Shown one piece after another: positions 1 through 15,453 of a DNA stretch of 64,000 nt. Origin of the DNA: Amoebidium appalachense (lineage: Eukaryota > Protista > Ichthyosporea); contig CAVNZM010000012.1 of assembly GCA_963693365.1 (NCBI GenBank), positions 1,798,001 to 1,862,000 of the forward strand, in the 5' to 3' direction. The notes beneath the pieces were generated by a model. The model worked only from the letters and a program-made list of their open reading frames with translations, did no database searches and had not been told where the DNA came from. Within the stretch, counting starts at the first letter, position 1, and each line of letters begins with the position of its first letter. The position numbers and the translations under genes were made by a program.

Positions 1-183
1 TCGGTTGAGAGGGAAGGGGGGGGGGGGGGGGGGATGCACCATGTGTGTGCATGTGTGCACGTGTGTGTGTGTGTGTGCTCTGTGGAGAGGGAATGGGAGG
101 GGAGGAAATGCACCGTGTGTGTGCATATGTGTGTGTGTCTCTCTGTACGTGTGTGTGTGTGTGTTGTGTGTTTGTGTGTGTGT

Positions 184-273
<90 letters not shown>

Positions 274-399
274 GGTGTGTGTGTGTGTCCCGGTGTGCCA
301 GTGTGCGTGCGTGTGTGTGAGTGCATGTTTCTGCATTGTGTGCGAGCATGTGGATGCCTTGGGAAGAGCAAGATTGGACGGTATCGAATGCTGTGTGTG

Positions 400-439
<40 letters not shown>

Positions 440-583
440 CAATGATAAGCCGGCCATGTGTTTATCATGGCGCACCGGTAAATGCATGTGGCGATTATGT
501 GTAAATATATAAACGGAAATACATTATAAAAAAGGACTCACTCAACGAGATGAAGGAGCGTTACAGAACGTACGTGTCTGCCG

Positions 584-641
<58 letters not shown>

Positions 642-809
642 CCCCCCCTGTCTTCCCTCCTTCCCACTACGACCCCCCCCCCCCCCTGCACGTGTCTAGG
701 TGTATAGATCCTACACGTAACGATGGCAGAACTTTCGCCATTTGGTAATGGACTCCGTGCCGCTCTAGTGCATTATATTGTAAAGTAATATCACCAACAA
801 AAAACGCAG

Positions 810-1018
810 GTTCGGCAAAGCTGCGTACGAGTGCTTCAAGGACTCCACCAAGAACGAACTCAAAACATCGAAATTCCATGCTGGTGTGCATTATTCTGAC
901 GACTATCGCCTCTTTGGCCCGGTGGAGTCAGCTGAGAGCTGGGAGCGTGCTCACAAATACTACTGCAAGATGCCGTATCATATGACCAACAAGAACTCTG
1001 CATGCATTCATTTTGCAG
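810..1018 (+). pseudogene. Plavaka-type (CACTA/CMC-related) transposase exon, degenerate
   Basis: Segment bounded by cgcag| and |gtgagt translates FGKAAYECFKDSTKNELKTSKFHAGVHYSDDYRLFGPVESAESWERAHKYYCKMPYHMTNKN. This resembles the Plavaka transposase C-terminal pattern K(F/L)H..xHY...R.FG....E..E..H....K..Y..TN. Not in the ORF track; neighbouring exons are broken. Family assignment is from motif recall, not an HMM search. Confidence 0.7.
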
Positions 1019-1302
1019 GTGAGTACTAGTACTCCAAATTATGGTGAAATCTACGATATCCTGCGAGCATGTTTGTATGTCGTAGTCCACATGTCGACGA
1101 TAATATGTATCGTCTTACGACCGTTTGTACCGTACGATATATCGTTTTACGACAGTAATATGGATGGTATTGTTACAGTCTTGGGGATGGCCCATGGATA
1201 TACATAAGGCGTCTTATGGACTATGTTTGGACATCTTTATTACACCGTAGACATGTGAACCACCGAAAGGTGGATACAACAACTTGAAGATGGATACATT
1301 TG

Positions 1303-1770
1303 CACGGTTAATAACGTGCAGGGGATTGATGGGGCCCAACCAAACTTTGCATTAGGCAGTTTCTCTGTGTGGTTAATGTAACAAAACCGGTCCGACCGTC
1401 GGACTGTCCCCCCATTTCTGTGGGAAAAGTTATTGACCGTTGTACGTCCATATTAGGCAAAATGCGCTGTAATACATAGGGAAAGGGGGCCGGGGGAATT
1501 CAACGGTTAATAACGTGCAGGGGATTGATGGGGGCACAACCAAACTTTGCATGAGGGAGTGTCTCTGTGTGGGGGGTCTAACAAAACCGGTCGGACTGTC
1601 TCCCCATTTCTGTGGGGAAAGTTATTAACCGTTGTACATCCATATTAGGCAAAATGCGCTATAATACATAGGGAAAAGGGGGGGATTCAACAGTTAATAA
1701 CGTGCAGGGGATTGTTGGGAGCACAACCAAACTTTGCATTAGGCAGTTCTCTGTGTGGGGGGTCTAATTA
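1303..1770. repeat. Tandem repeat, ~190-bp unit, ~2.5 copies
   Basis: 'gttaataacgtgcaggggattg...accaaactttgcat' recurs near 1305, 1503 and 1690. Confidence 0.9.
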
Positions 1771-2109
1771 TCCCTACTATAATCAGTGCCGTTCCAGGCA
1801 CCCACAAACTCTGCTAGTTGTTGTACCCCCTCAGCATCCGATTCGTTCTCTTATGTATTCTCTTTCAAGTATGCCAGCATTCCCACGAAACCCCCATAAA
1901 ACATCCATAACGGTTATATGTATCCAGAAGGCCGTGCCACCAGTTATTATTTACAATTTTACAAGAAAATTATTAACACCTATATTACACATATCTGCCT
2001 AATGATAGTGGTATCATATAGCTATACAGCAGCCCCTCCAGATGCTCAATTAAAATGTACACTCAGCTTGGTTTTTTACTACCAGTGCTAATTTAGGTGA
2101 TTTCAACAT

Positions 2110-3660
2110 GGCCTGCCATGACCTTCCTATCGATACGGTAAACCCATCCATCAGGCGGGGTTTTCAGACGTCTTTACGACAACTAATGGTTGTCGAGGAC
2201 ATTCATATGGATATTGTACACCCATCCATTCGACAGTTATTTCCGATGTCTAAAGACAGTCTTCCGAGGGGGTGCAGCAAGACCATCTTATGATGTCGTA
2301 ATCCGGAGGTGTGCACGACATACAGTGTACATCCAATGTATGGGGTTAGGAGTACCACCATAATATCATCTTACGATGTCGTAATTTGCAGGTGTTTACG
2401 ACATACACAGTGTATCGTGGACCTTCAAATGGATACTGTAAACCAATCCATCCGGCGGGGTTTCAGACGTCTATTGACAGTCTCACGTTGGGTGTCGCAA
2501 GAGCATGTTACGATGTCGTATACTGGGGGGGTTTACGACAACTAATGGTTGTCGAGGACACTCATATGGATATTGTAAACCCATCCATTCGACAGTTGTT
2601 TCCGATGTCTTAAGACAGTCTTCCGAGGGTGTGCAGCAAGACCATCTTATGATGTCGTAATCCGGAGGTGTGCACGACATACAGTGTACATCCAATGTAT
2701 GGGGTTAGGAGTACCACCATAATATCATCTTACGATGTCGTAATGTGCAGGTGTTTACGACATACACAGTGTATCGTGGACCTTCATATGGATACTGTAA
2801 ACCAATCCATCCGGGGGGTTTCAGACGTCTATTGACAGTCTCACGTTGGGTGCTGCAAGAGCATGTTACGATGTCGTATACTGGGGGGGTTTACGACAAC
2901 TAATGGTTGTCGAGGACAGTCAGCACTCATATGGATATTGTAAACCCATCCATTCGACAGTTGATTCCGATGTCTTAAGACAGTCTTCCGAGGGGGTGCA
3001 GCAAGACCATCTTATGATGTCGTAATCCGGAGGTGTGCACGACATCCAGTGTACATCCAATGTATGGGGTTAGGAGTACCACCATAATATCATCTTACGA
3101 TGTCGTAATGTGCAGGTGTTTACGACATACACAGTGTATCGTGGACCTTCAAATGGATACTGTAAACCAATCCATCCGGCGGGGTTTCAGACGTCTATTG
3201 ACAGTCTCGCGTGGGGTGTCGTAAGAGCATGTTACGATGTCGTACTCAGGTGGGGTTTACGACAACTAATGGTTGTCGAGGACATTCATATGGATATTGT
3301 AAACCCATCCATTCGACAGTTATTTCCGACGTCGTAAGACAGTCTTCCGAGGGGGTGCAGCAAGACCATCTTATGATGTCGTAATCCGGAGGTGTGCACG
3401 ACATCCAGTGTACATCCAATGTATGGGGTTAGGAGTACCACGAAAGTTGTGGTTGCTGTAAACCCATCCATAGGTGTGGTTAGGGTTATACATTGGGCTG
3501 TCCCAATACTGTCGGTCATCCCTAAAGGGGTCGTAAACCACTCCGCCGACGGTCTACGACGTCGTCGACGGGTTTGGCGGTTTTTCCTTCATATAGCGTA
3601 AACCCATCCATTAGACAGTCCTAAACCAGTGCCAACCCATCGACGAGGTCTTCGGTGGGG
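2110..3660. repeat. ~360-bp tandem array (~4 units) with palindromic sub-repeats; probable subterminal array of the Plavaka/CMC element
   Basis: 'cccatccattcgacag' recurs at ~2221, 2580, 2945 and 3304. Units contain near-palindromes TTA(C/T)GATGTCGTA and repeated GTAAACC(C/A)ATCCAT. The array ends at ...gaggtcttcggtggg (~3660). Confidence 0.85.
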
Positions 3661-3714
3661 TTACGAGGGGGGGGGGGGAGATTGCTGATGATATTGTTTG
3701 TCACGGACACACGA

Positions 3715-4237
3715 TCATATTATACAACAACCGGCCTGTGGCACACACACACATACACACACACAAACACATGTACATTTTAATGTTTTAATAGCAGACA
3801 GTTGTTGAAAAAAATAGAGTAAAAAACACAACTAAATCAACTCAGTAATGTGAATATGACATTTGGGGCGAGTGTAGTAGAAGGTTTTGTGACTGATAAT
3901 GATTATTTTTTTACACTAGAGCTAGGGTGATTCATGCTGGGCGGTGGTCATTGGTAATTTTTTTTATTTGTTTTTTTTCCACATTTACACACAAAGTAAT
4001 AATCGAATAGAATACAAAAACAACTATTCATAAGAAGAAAAAAACGCATACAACCTTCACTTGGCCCACACATACACATTCACACACACACAAACACACA
4101 CACACACTCACACACACACATAGACGTTGAACACAATGAAAGGAAATATATCTAGAAAACACGGGTGCCATGATTGCAGTCACTGAGTATGAAAAGCATA
4201 AAAATTTTTTTGGGGGGGGCAGGGAATGGGAAGAGGG

Positions 4238-4271
<34 letters not shown>

Positions 4272-4823
4272 TGCTTTGAAGTAAACTGAGAATAGTATAA
4301 TTGCAGTACTGACTTGTGAGCATGGTATATTGACACACACCGTAGAATGATGATTTTATGTTCGGGAACATCTCGGGGGGGTGCCAATTCCAGACTTCAC
4401 TGAAATATGTTGCCCACCTGGCACTCAGTGCACGTGGAAAGTTTTATTGCCTGTCCATGCATATCATCGGGTTACCAAACAGTTCTGTAAAATAAGTAAA
4501 ACAACAAAATAATAAAAATATTATAAAAATTTTGCAAGCAATTTAGAACATATTGCACTTGGTGGTTTTCAGCTACATGTTTTTGGAGGACCACAAGTAA
4601 ACTTGGTACTTCGGCAATGGCAATCTCTCCCGGCCGCCCCTAGACTGATAACACAGTGTGGCAAGAAAGGGGGGGGGGGGGGGGGGGGAGGATGGGGGGG
4701 GGGGGGGGGGGGGGGGGGGGGTAAATGAAAGGGAAAAGGGTCATAACATTTGGCAGATCCAGCAACTGCAGGATTTGTGGGGGGGGGGGGGGGGGGGGGG
4801 AGGAAGCGTGAGGCGGGGGGCCA

Positions 4824-4858
<35 letters not shown>

Positions 4859-4992
4859 AGCGTGAGGCGAGGGAGGGGGGGGGGGGGGGGGGGGGGGGAG
4901 GGGAGGAGGGAGGTAACAACCACACAACCCAACATCAATAACTGTCTCGTTATGTTTTGGCGCTGGCGACAGCCGGCGCACAGACCTACTTG
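3715..4992 (+). mobile_element. Non-autonomous (internally deleted) Helitron copy
   Basis: ~3730-4200 matches ~5645-6150 and ~4660-4995 matches ~7310-7558. Ends in a GC-rich hairpin followed by ...CTACTTG|T; candidate A|TC 5' end at 3714/3715. Confidence 0.65.
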
Positions 4993-5517
4993 TATATAAT
5001 GCGTTGTTTGCCGGACCTCAAATCCGGAATTTGGAGGGGACCTAAGGCCATTTTGTGAGGCATCAAAAACCATCGAAACGTTGCTTAGTTGTTTTTATGA
5101 CATCAAAATCGCTAAATATTTTTGAGATACTAATGAAAAAGCCTAAAATAACTATATATTTGATAATGAGAAGATTGAAATATAGTGCCCTAAAGTTGGG
5201 CCCGAGAGGATGTACGTACTCGGGGCTTTGAAATAAAAAGAACAAAACCAGCGGTTTCGGAGTCTACTGTGAACACGCTGGGCTGAATGACGGCAGAGAT
5301 CAGGTGATTCCCGTATCAAAAAGGTTTTTGTTTCTAACCCAGAATGGAACGCACTTTTTTTAGAGATATTCGGCGACATTGTTTTTACAAAGTACTATAT
5401 CATTGGTACAACAACATTTTGAAAATTTTAATGTAATAGAACTACCAATCCAATCACAAAAACCTCAAAGGTCTGCTAACACCGGTTTAGGGGGACACGG
5501 GGATGAGGACGGTAAAT

Positions 5518-7555
<2,038 letters not shown>

Positions 7556-8465
7556 TATCTAACAATAAGTGTGACCTGTTAGCTAATGTGGTAGAACCGG
7601 AGGTTATGGGCGGCTTTATTCTCTTTTCTATTTCTCTCCTCCAGCATATCCGTTATAAAATGACCGTGTTAGATCACCTTATTAATGCCGCACAGTATGA
7701 TATTGTGATACGGTGTCTTAACTTTCTCTCGGAGCTACCAATGCTAGCTTCTGCTTATCCATAATCTATACTAGGGTTGCTTTATTGCATACAGTGTACA
7801 TAAGTCACTAGCTGCATTTGATTGGCTGCGCCGGAAAACGCAGTAGGCCCAGACTCACTTGACGGCCTACTGCGTTTTCCGACACCAAAAAACGATTACA
7901 CCGCCAAGACATAATCATCTTTGCGTCTTTGTACCACACAACATCCTGAATAAACAAGTCTATGTATGAACGAGACGCTCTAACTGTATCCGCCATATAG
8001 GCTGCTAGTAGTTGGTGTTTTTGCTGTCCTAACATTGGAAGAGACTCGACACGTTAAGGAAAAAGGTACCTATCAACCATAGACTTAAAACTATTCATAT
8101 TCACACTATGATCCAGCCGTACCTCCGGTTGGGTTTACACACTTTTTATTGCGTAGGGTCGCCAGCCACTCCGGCCGCGTATCGCTCGACAAGTGTAGCC
8201 TCCTTGGCTCCCTATGAGAAACGAGTTTAGGGGGACTCCTGGCATGAGTGTCCAGGAAGTTTACACTGTAGATTACACAGCGCTTTATGTACCCGACATA
8301 AGATACACAATATAAACATTTAAAACAACTCACGTTAATTAAGAACTATGCCTCATATATTCAATAGTTTCAATACATTTCAGGCCTGGTGTGTATTTAT
8401 TGTAAGCTAGTTCGATAATTATTCTTAAAAAGTGCGAATGGAGCATTGGATTAGTGAATATAGCT

Positions 8466-8546
8466 CCACCAATCATTACGGTTCGAGTTACTTTTCTTCC
8501 ACCAATCGTTTACGGTATTGATCCAACTGAGGGGGTATATATATAA
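8466..8546 (+). promoter_or_regulatory. Putative promoter (two CCAAT boxes and a TATA box) of the 8715 gene
   Basis: ccaccaatc occurs twice (~8466, ~8498), followed by gtatatatataaac (~8535), about 170 nt upstream of the ATG. Confidence 0.4.
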
Positions 8547-8714
8547 ACCTCTCCGCACAGACAGACTGTGACGGTGACTTATCGAAAGCACATGATCACA
8601 CAGACATAGCTATAGGTTAGGCTGATAATATATAGGAACGAACTTGACGCCGCAAGTGTTCGCAGCATCACGCACACACCGGCAAATTTTTTACACAAAC
8701 ATCTTACCGCCAGA

Positions 8715-10718
8715 ATGAAGCTCGCCGTGGTGGTCCCCCTGTTCGTTGGCGGTGCGCTGGGTGCCTCTGTTGGCTACAGCGAGAACCCCACCGTGTGTGC
8801 CCCCGGCACTACGTGGTCCAACGGCAGCTGTGTGCCCGCCTTCTGCCGCCTGGCTGGTAGCAAAACACTTGCACATGGCCAGCGCTGCCGCATTGCCGGC
8901 CGCCCCTGCGTGTGCACGTGCAATAGCGGGAAGATTATCTGCCCCAGAAAGTGTGACGCACCTGTCCCTGCACCCACCACCACCATTGCAACCACCACCG
9001 CCGTAACCCCTGTGCCCGACCCCACCCCAGCGCCCGGCACGTGCCTCATTCGTGGCATCAGCGTGCCCTACGGCAAGCGGGTGGTGTTCAGCGAGTGCTT
9101 CGAGTGTGCCTGCACCAACACGGGCAACGCGCTGTGCACGGGTGGCTGTGTGCCGCAGCCGCAGCCGCCCAATGGGGCCTGTCGCATCAACGCCAACACG
9201 GTCCTTGCCAACGGCACCACCCTCATCACCGACAACGGCTGTGGCACGTGCTCGTGCAAGGACAGCGTGGCCCAGTGCGGCCCATCAGGCTCCTGCGCCC
9301 CCACCACATCCATCCCCGCCCCCACCACCACCGTCGCACCCACCACCACCACCACCACCACCACCACCACCACCGTGCCCACCACCACGGTGGTGCCAAC
9401 CACCACCACCACCACTACCACACCCACCACCACGGTAGCACCCACCACCAGTGCGCCTGGCTCGTGCAGCGTGGACGGGGTCAGCCTGCTGTCGGGGGAG
9501 AAGCTGGTGTCCAGTGAGTGCTACTCGTGCACGTGCCTCAACGGCAATGCGCTCTGCACGGGTGGCTGTGTGCCTCAGCCCCAGCCCCCCAACGGTGACT
9601 GCCGGCTGGATGCCACCACCGTCCTCACCAACGGCATTTCCTACCTCGTCGACAACGGCTGCAGTGTGTGCACATGCTCCAACGGCAAGTCAATGTGCCG
9701 CCCCTCCGGCTCGTGCTCCCCTCCGGCACCTGCCCCCACCACCACTCAGGCCCCCCCCACCACCACCACGGTCACACCCACCACTACCACCACCACCACC
9801 ACTACCACCACGGCTGCGGGCCCCACCACCACGGCTGCGGGCCCCACCACCACCACCACCACCGCATCCTCTGTCACAACCACCACCCAGGCACCTACCA
9901 CGACCATGCAGGCCCCCACCACCACCACCGAGGCCCCCGCCCCCACCACCACCCAGGCGCCCGTCACCACCACCACCACCGAGGCCCCCGCCCCCACCAC
10001 CACCCAGGCGCCCGTCACCACCACCACCGAGGCCCCCGCCCCCACCACCACCCAGGCGCCCGTCACCACCACCACCACCGAGGCCCCCGCCCCCACCACC
10101 ACCCAGGCGCCCGTCACCACCACCACCACCGAGGCCCCCGCCCCCACCACCACCCAGGCGCCCGTCACCACCACCACCGAGGCCCCCGCCCCCACCACCA
10201 CCCAGGCGCCCGTCACCACCACCACCACCGAGGCCCCCGCCCCCACCACCACCCAGGCGCCCGTCACCACCACCACCCAGGCCCCCGCCCCCACCACCAC
10301 CCAGGCGCCCGTCACCACCACCACCGAGGCCCCCGCCCCCACCACCACCCAGGTGCCCGTCACCACCACCACCGAGGCCCCCGCCCCCACCACCACCCAG
10401 GCGCCCGTCACCACCACCACGACCACGGAGGCGGCGGCGCCCACGGCCAGCACGTGCTCTGTGCGGGGGCAGACGCTGCAGCTCGGGGAGCGGGCCATCT
10501 TCAACGAGTGCACCAGCTGCCTGTGCGCAGCCGGCGGCAATGCGCTGTGCACTGGTGGCTGTGCGCCCCGGCCCGGCCCTGGCTATGGCATGTGCCGGGT
10601 GGCGGCCGACACTGTGTATGAGAGCGGCGATGACTTCACCGTTGAGAACGGCTGTGTCAAGTGCACGTGTGACAACGGCATGGCCCGCTGCGCAAGAAAC
10701 ACCTGCACAAACTACTAG
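8715..10718 (+). CDS. Secreted Cys-rich (VWC/pacifastin-like modules) Thr/Pro-rich mucin-like protein, 667 aa, intronless
   Basis: Long GC3-rich ORF with signal peptide MKLAVVVPLFVGGALGA. Repeated C..G....G....ECxxCxC..GNALCTGGC and NGCxxCxC..G...C modules, plus a long EAPAPTTTQAPVTTTT repeat tract. No TM segment or GPI tail. Confidence 0.9.
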   Translation: MKLAVVVPLFVGGALGASVGYSENPTVCAPGTTWSNGSCVPAFCRLAGSKTLAHGQRCRIAGRPCVCTCNSGKIICPRKCDAPVPAPTTTIATTTAVTPVPDPTPAPGTCLIRGISVPYGKRVVFSECFECACTNTGNALCTGGCVPQPQPPNGACRINANTVLANGTTLITDNGCGTCSCKDSVAQCGPSGSCAPTTSIPAPTTTVAPTTTTTTTTTTTVPTTTVVPTTTTTTTTPTTTVAPTTSAPGSCSVDGVSLLSGEKLVSSECYSCTCLNGNALCTGGCVPQPQPPNGDCRLDATTVLTNGISYLVDNGCSVCTCSNGKSMCRPSGSCSPPAPAPTTTQAPPTTTTVTPTTTTTTTTTTTAAGPTTTAAGPTTTTTTASSVTTTTQAPTTTMQAPTTTTEAPAPTTTQAPVTTTTTEAPAPTTTQAPVTTTTEAPAPTTTQAPVTTTTTEAPAPTTTQAPVTTTTTEAPAPTTTQAPVTTTTEAPAPTTTQAPVTTTTTEAPAPTTTQAPVTTTTQAPAPTTTQAPVTTTTEAPAPTTTQVPVTTTTEAPAPTTTQAPVTTTTTTEAAAPTASTCSVRGQTLQLGERAIFNECTSCLCAAGGNALCTGGCAPRPGPGYGMCRVAADTVYESGDDFTVENGCVKCTCDNGMARCARNTCTNY

Positions 10719-10928
10719 TTGAATGATTTGTATGCACTCAGTCTGTAAATAAGTTCAAAAATGGCTATTGTATGGCCATGGCATAACCAATTTTTAGAAA
10801 ATTGTGCAAATAAAACTGACCCTGCTGTCAAACAGTCGCATAGCTAAGCCGAGATCACTGGACCCCCCCCCTCTCCCCCCCCCCCCCCCCCCCCCCCCTC
10901 CCTCCCTCCCTCCGAGCCACCACCACCA

Positions 10929-10975
<47 letters not shown>

Positions 10976-11259
10976 ATCCCGGCCCCACCCCCCCACACAC
11001 ACACCATCCCGGCCCCACCCCAAAACACCAACACTTCATGGTAAACAGAAGCTAGCATTCCTCCCCTCGCCCCCTTCCCCTCCTCCTTCTATACTCCCGC
11101 TTTTATCCCCCCCCCTCCCCTGCCAACCCTACTCCACAAGCTATTTGACACACATACACACAAGCTATTTGACACACATACACACACGCGCTCGCGCATC
11201 ATTGCCATACTCTTTTTTATTAAACACACACACTCTCTCTTCTCTCTCTCCCTCTCTCT

Positions 11260-11326
<67 letters not shown>

Positions 11327-11873
11327 CCCCCCCCCCCCCCCCCCCCCTCCCCCTCCCCCCCCCTCTCTCTTTCTCTCTCTTACACTCAGCGTATCGTGTG
11401 TGTGTGCGTGTGTGTGTGGGTAACTTGTGTGTGTTTCACGGCATTGTGTGTGTGTGTGTGCCAAGTTCTTGTTTTTGTGCGATGGTGTTAAAGATCAATA
11501 CACACATGATTTTTGTCTCCTGAGTCCTAAAATAATGTCGAGCGAGGCCTAATAGGGCTGCGTTTTTAGAATCTTTTATTTCCCTCCTCCCCCCCCCCCC
11601 CCCCCCCCCGGGCCCTTCCGTACCCCGCCCAATTCCCAGGCTCCCCCTCCCCCCCCCTCCCCCCGGCCCCTCAACACCCATACCCAAGACACACACACTG
11701 GCACACACACACACACACACACTTCCCTGCCCTTTCCTTCCTTCTCAGAGCCTTTTCCTTCTCCTTTCACGTCAATAATCCCCTTCTCTCAACTCTCTCA
11801 CGAAATTTTCTCTACATTTACTAACCATGAATTTGCACAGTACGAGATGTGTTCCTGCCACAGTGCTAGTCTC

Positions 11874-12670
11874 ACGGGAAACCAAGTGATTATCGACCTC
11901 TACAAGTAGAAAACGAACAAAAAGTACGGGAAACCAATTGATTATCGACCTCTACAAGTAGAAAACGAACAAAAAGTAGAGATTGACCCCTACGAATATC
12001 CAGATCTTGTCATAATGCGGCATACAGACGTGCGTCTCCTGCGCCGAAAGGGACTTCTGGCCGACATGTATCCGCAAATACGCGTCATGCACTATCGGCA
12101 GCGTGATAGAAGCACAACGGCCATGATTCGGCCACTTATGTTCGACATGGTGCACCCACCCCTTGTGCCCTATTTCCGCATTGCCATGGATGATTGGGCT
12201 GCTATCCCCTTCATGATGGGCGCCCAGCTGACCCAGTACAGTAAAAGCACATTCGAAGTCGCAGGTGTTAGCCCTCCACCAATGATTTTAGATGAAAGGG
12301 AATATGGTATGCCCCCCCCCCCCAAAAAAAAAGAAAAGAAAAAGAAAAAGGAAAAAAAAACACTGTTCTGCTTCTACCCCTGACAGCCACTGTTCCATCT
12401 TTTTACTCATTTCACAAAACCTCGCCTCGCCCCCCTCCTCCCCCCCCCCCCCCCCCCCCACCCCACCCCACCCTCCCTTCTCCCTTCCTCTTCCCCTCTT
12501 TTGTCGGACGGATTGTCCGAGGAATGACTCCTAGAAATCAAAAGATAGACAAATGGGCACCCATTCCGCACAACTTTCAGTCCATACCCTTTCCTCTCAT
12601 GCCCCGCTAATCCCAAAAGATATTTGTCAAATTGCCGTTCTTTTTGAGCTTTCAGGTCAGCTCCCCCCAG

Positions 12671-12703
<33 letters not shown>

Positions 12704-13123
12704 ACACACACACACATAAACACACACACACAAACTCTGTTTACCCCAACCTCCCTACCCCACCTCCCAACCCCCCTCGGTACCAAAAAACCCCCCTACA
12801 CAACCCATTTAACATGCATGAACACACAACACACATGTTCCTGAGGTATGTGTGTGGTGGGGGGGTTTTTTTTTTTCCCCCTTTTTCCCCCCCCCCTTTC
12901 TTTTTCCCTTTTGTTGTATTTTACACCCACAGAATCACAAAACGACAGGCTGCAACACTTGCACTCCCCTTAGCTTGCTCCCCTGCCCCTCTTCCACCTC
13001 TTCTTTTGCTTCCTCCTGTGGCCCCTAGGCCGCTCTCCCTTCATTTCATTTTCGCTTACCTCAGTTCAAGTAACCGCCCTCACTCCTATCTCCCTTAACC
13101 GTAGCCACACCCTCTCTCTCCCT

Positions 13124-13159
<36 letters not shown>

Positions 13160-15182
13160 CCCCTTCCACCTTCAAATTTTTCCCCTCACCACCTCCCCAC
13201 CTCCGCCTGCCCCTCTTCCCAACAGCAACACTATAAAACTGTACGAACACATGCCTATGCACAATGGGCATTTGAGCACGTGCATGCGCACTCTGAGCGT
13301 CAGGCAAAGGAGAGCACTCAGGCACAGACACACCAGCCACATGTGGGCGCCATTAATAGCACACAGTCCCCCCCTCCCCCCCTCCCCTCCCCCCCTTCCC
13401 CCTCGGCCCCCTCCACCCCCCACATCTTCCCACCACCCCCGTAAACCCTCACCACCTCCACCTCTGCAGCCCCTTTCCCCACCCACCCACCTCCGTCCGC
13501 CCCTCTCCCTCTCTCCTCCCCCCTCACCTCTTCTACTAGCCTGCACCCACTCCCCTCACATTCTGGGTGCCAGGCTCAACTCTTCTACATAAGCCCTCCT
13601 CCCTCTTTCCCCTCTTTCCCCCCCCCCCCACCCTCCCCTCCCCCCCCTCCCCCCGTTTGCACGCACATGCACTTACACCCACCCGCATGCAGGTCCATCA
13701 GTGACAGCCCCAGTGACTACATATGCAACCTGCAGTCCCCCCGCTTCCTATCAGCCCTCAACAAATCAATAATGCCGCTGATCAACGAAAACCTCCTAAA
13801 CCGCACATTCCTCCCCACGAATGACCCGAATTTCATCAAATGGGCAGAATCCTGGCCCGAAATTCCACTTCCACCCAGCCCACGATTCGTTTTTTACGAT
13901 CCAGCCCACCCGGTGCCTCCACTTTCCTTCACCCAATCGGACAAGCCGCCCCCCATTGACCCGGATATCAGGTTCGGTGTTCCCCCCAACGCGACCTCTA
14001 CCCTCATTGGATACGGAATTTCAATCACATCGCGCAATCGGAATTTCATGGGATCGTGGCAACTGCCTTTTGACCTCACGACCACTTCTCTCAGGTTTTT
14101 CGCATCGATGAACAACGCAATGGGGATGGTGCCGACATTTACGTTTGCAGGCACCCACATGCACAAATGGATGAACCAAACGGGCACAGCCAGATTCCAG
14201 AGAATAGCAATGGAATACCCTCACGGTGTTTCATTGGGCAATCCGTTCGGTGCCCCACCAATGATTTCTGACTTCACCGAGGCCAAGCCGTTGCGTCGTA
14301 TGATGGGGGCCTTAATTGCCAAAAACGCGACCTTAATCGAGGCCACACATGCAGCATGTCGCGTGATGGACTACGTGTTTCTACCCACGTGCACATACCG
14401 CCGCCACCTGGCCCCTACCATATCCGAGTGTGATCCCACCACCAACATCATCACGGTGAGCTATTATTGGCGCGAGTACAACATGAGCACCGGCGAACAC
14501 GTGCCGTCGTGCCGCGTGAATCCGGAAACCAGCGACTTCCTTCCGCCGCCTTCCACCGGTAAGTGCGAACACGTGGCCTGGACGTCCACAGCAGGTGTTG
14601 CTGTTACCATTTTTGGCGCGATTGGGATTGCGTACAGTATTTTTGTTGCCATTTTAGTCCTTGTTTTGCGCAACTACAAGGTCATGCGCAGCGCCAGTCC
14701 CTTCTATTGCTGTGTGATGGCCGTGGGCTGTGCCCTTGCCCTCCACTCCATTCCTCTTCTGGCTGGGCCACCTAGCTCCGCACGGTATACGGCGGCGGCG
14801 TGGGTGTTCTTCCAAGGGATGGGTGTGGTTCTCGCTAGTCTCCTAGTCAAACTTCTTCGCACTTTCGCGTGCTTCAGTGGGAAACGCATCCGCAAGTGGA
14901 TTCCATGGCGGCTTAGAGACACCACGCTCCTCGTGCCGCTTCCCGTTTTTGTTGGTGTGCAAGTAGTACTTTTAATACCACCAAACCTCAACTTCAGGGC
15001 GTGGGAGAGGGCATGGGCAGCGTCACATTATTGGCCACAACAGTGCCTAACAGTACCGTACCAACACAAACCATTCATAATGGCTCTATCAGGAACATTT
15101 TCCTACCGCTCCACCACCACCGCTATTAAGCACACACACACCTCACTTCCCCCCCGTCCTCCCCCCACCCCCTCCCCCCTCA

Positions 15183-15220
<38 letters not shown>

Positions 15221-15412
15221 ACCCAAAATACAAAATACGACCACCACCAACCAGTAGGCCTCCTGCAGCTGTTTTCTGCTGGCGACGGAAACATTACTTG
15301 AAGTGGTGGGATGGATGGGTTTGTGTGTGTGTGTGTGCATTCATGGATGTACGTGGTTGGGTGGGTGGGTGGGTGAAGGGTAGTGGTGGTGGTGGTGTGT
15401 GTGTCTGTATCG

Positions 15413-15453
<41 letters not shown>

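Noticed and set aside
583-650. Exact lengths of long poly-C/poly-G tracts as a biological signal
   Set aside because: Homopolymer lengths are unreliable in assemblies; only their presence and position were used.
2110-3660. CRISPR-like array
   Set aside because: Sequences between the short motifs are themselves repeated with a ~360-bp period rather than being unique spacers; no cas genes; eukaryotic context.
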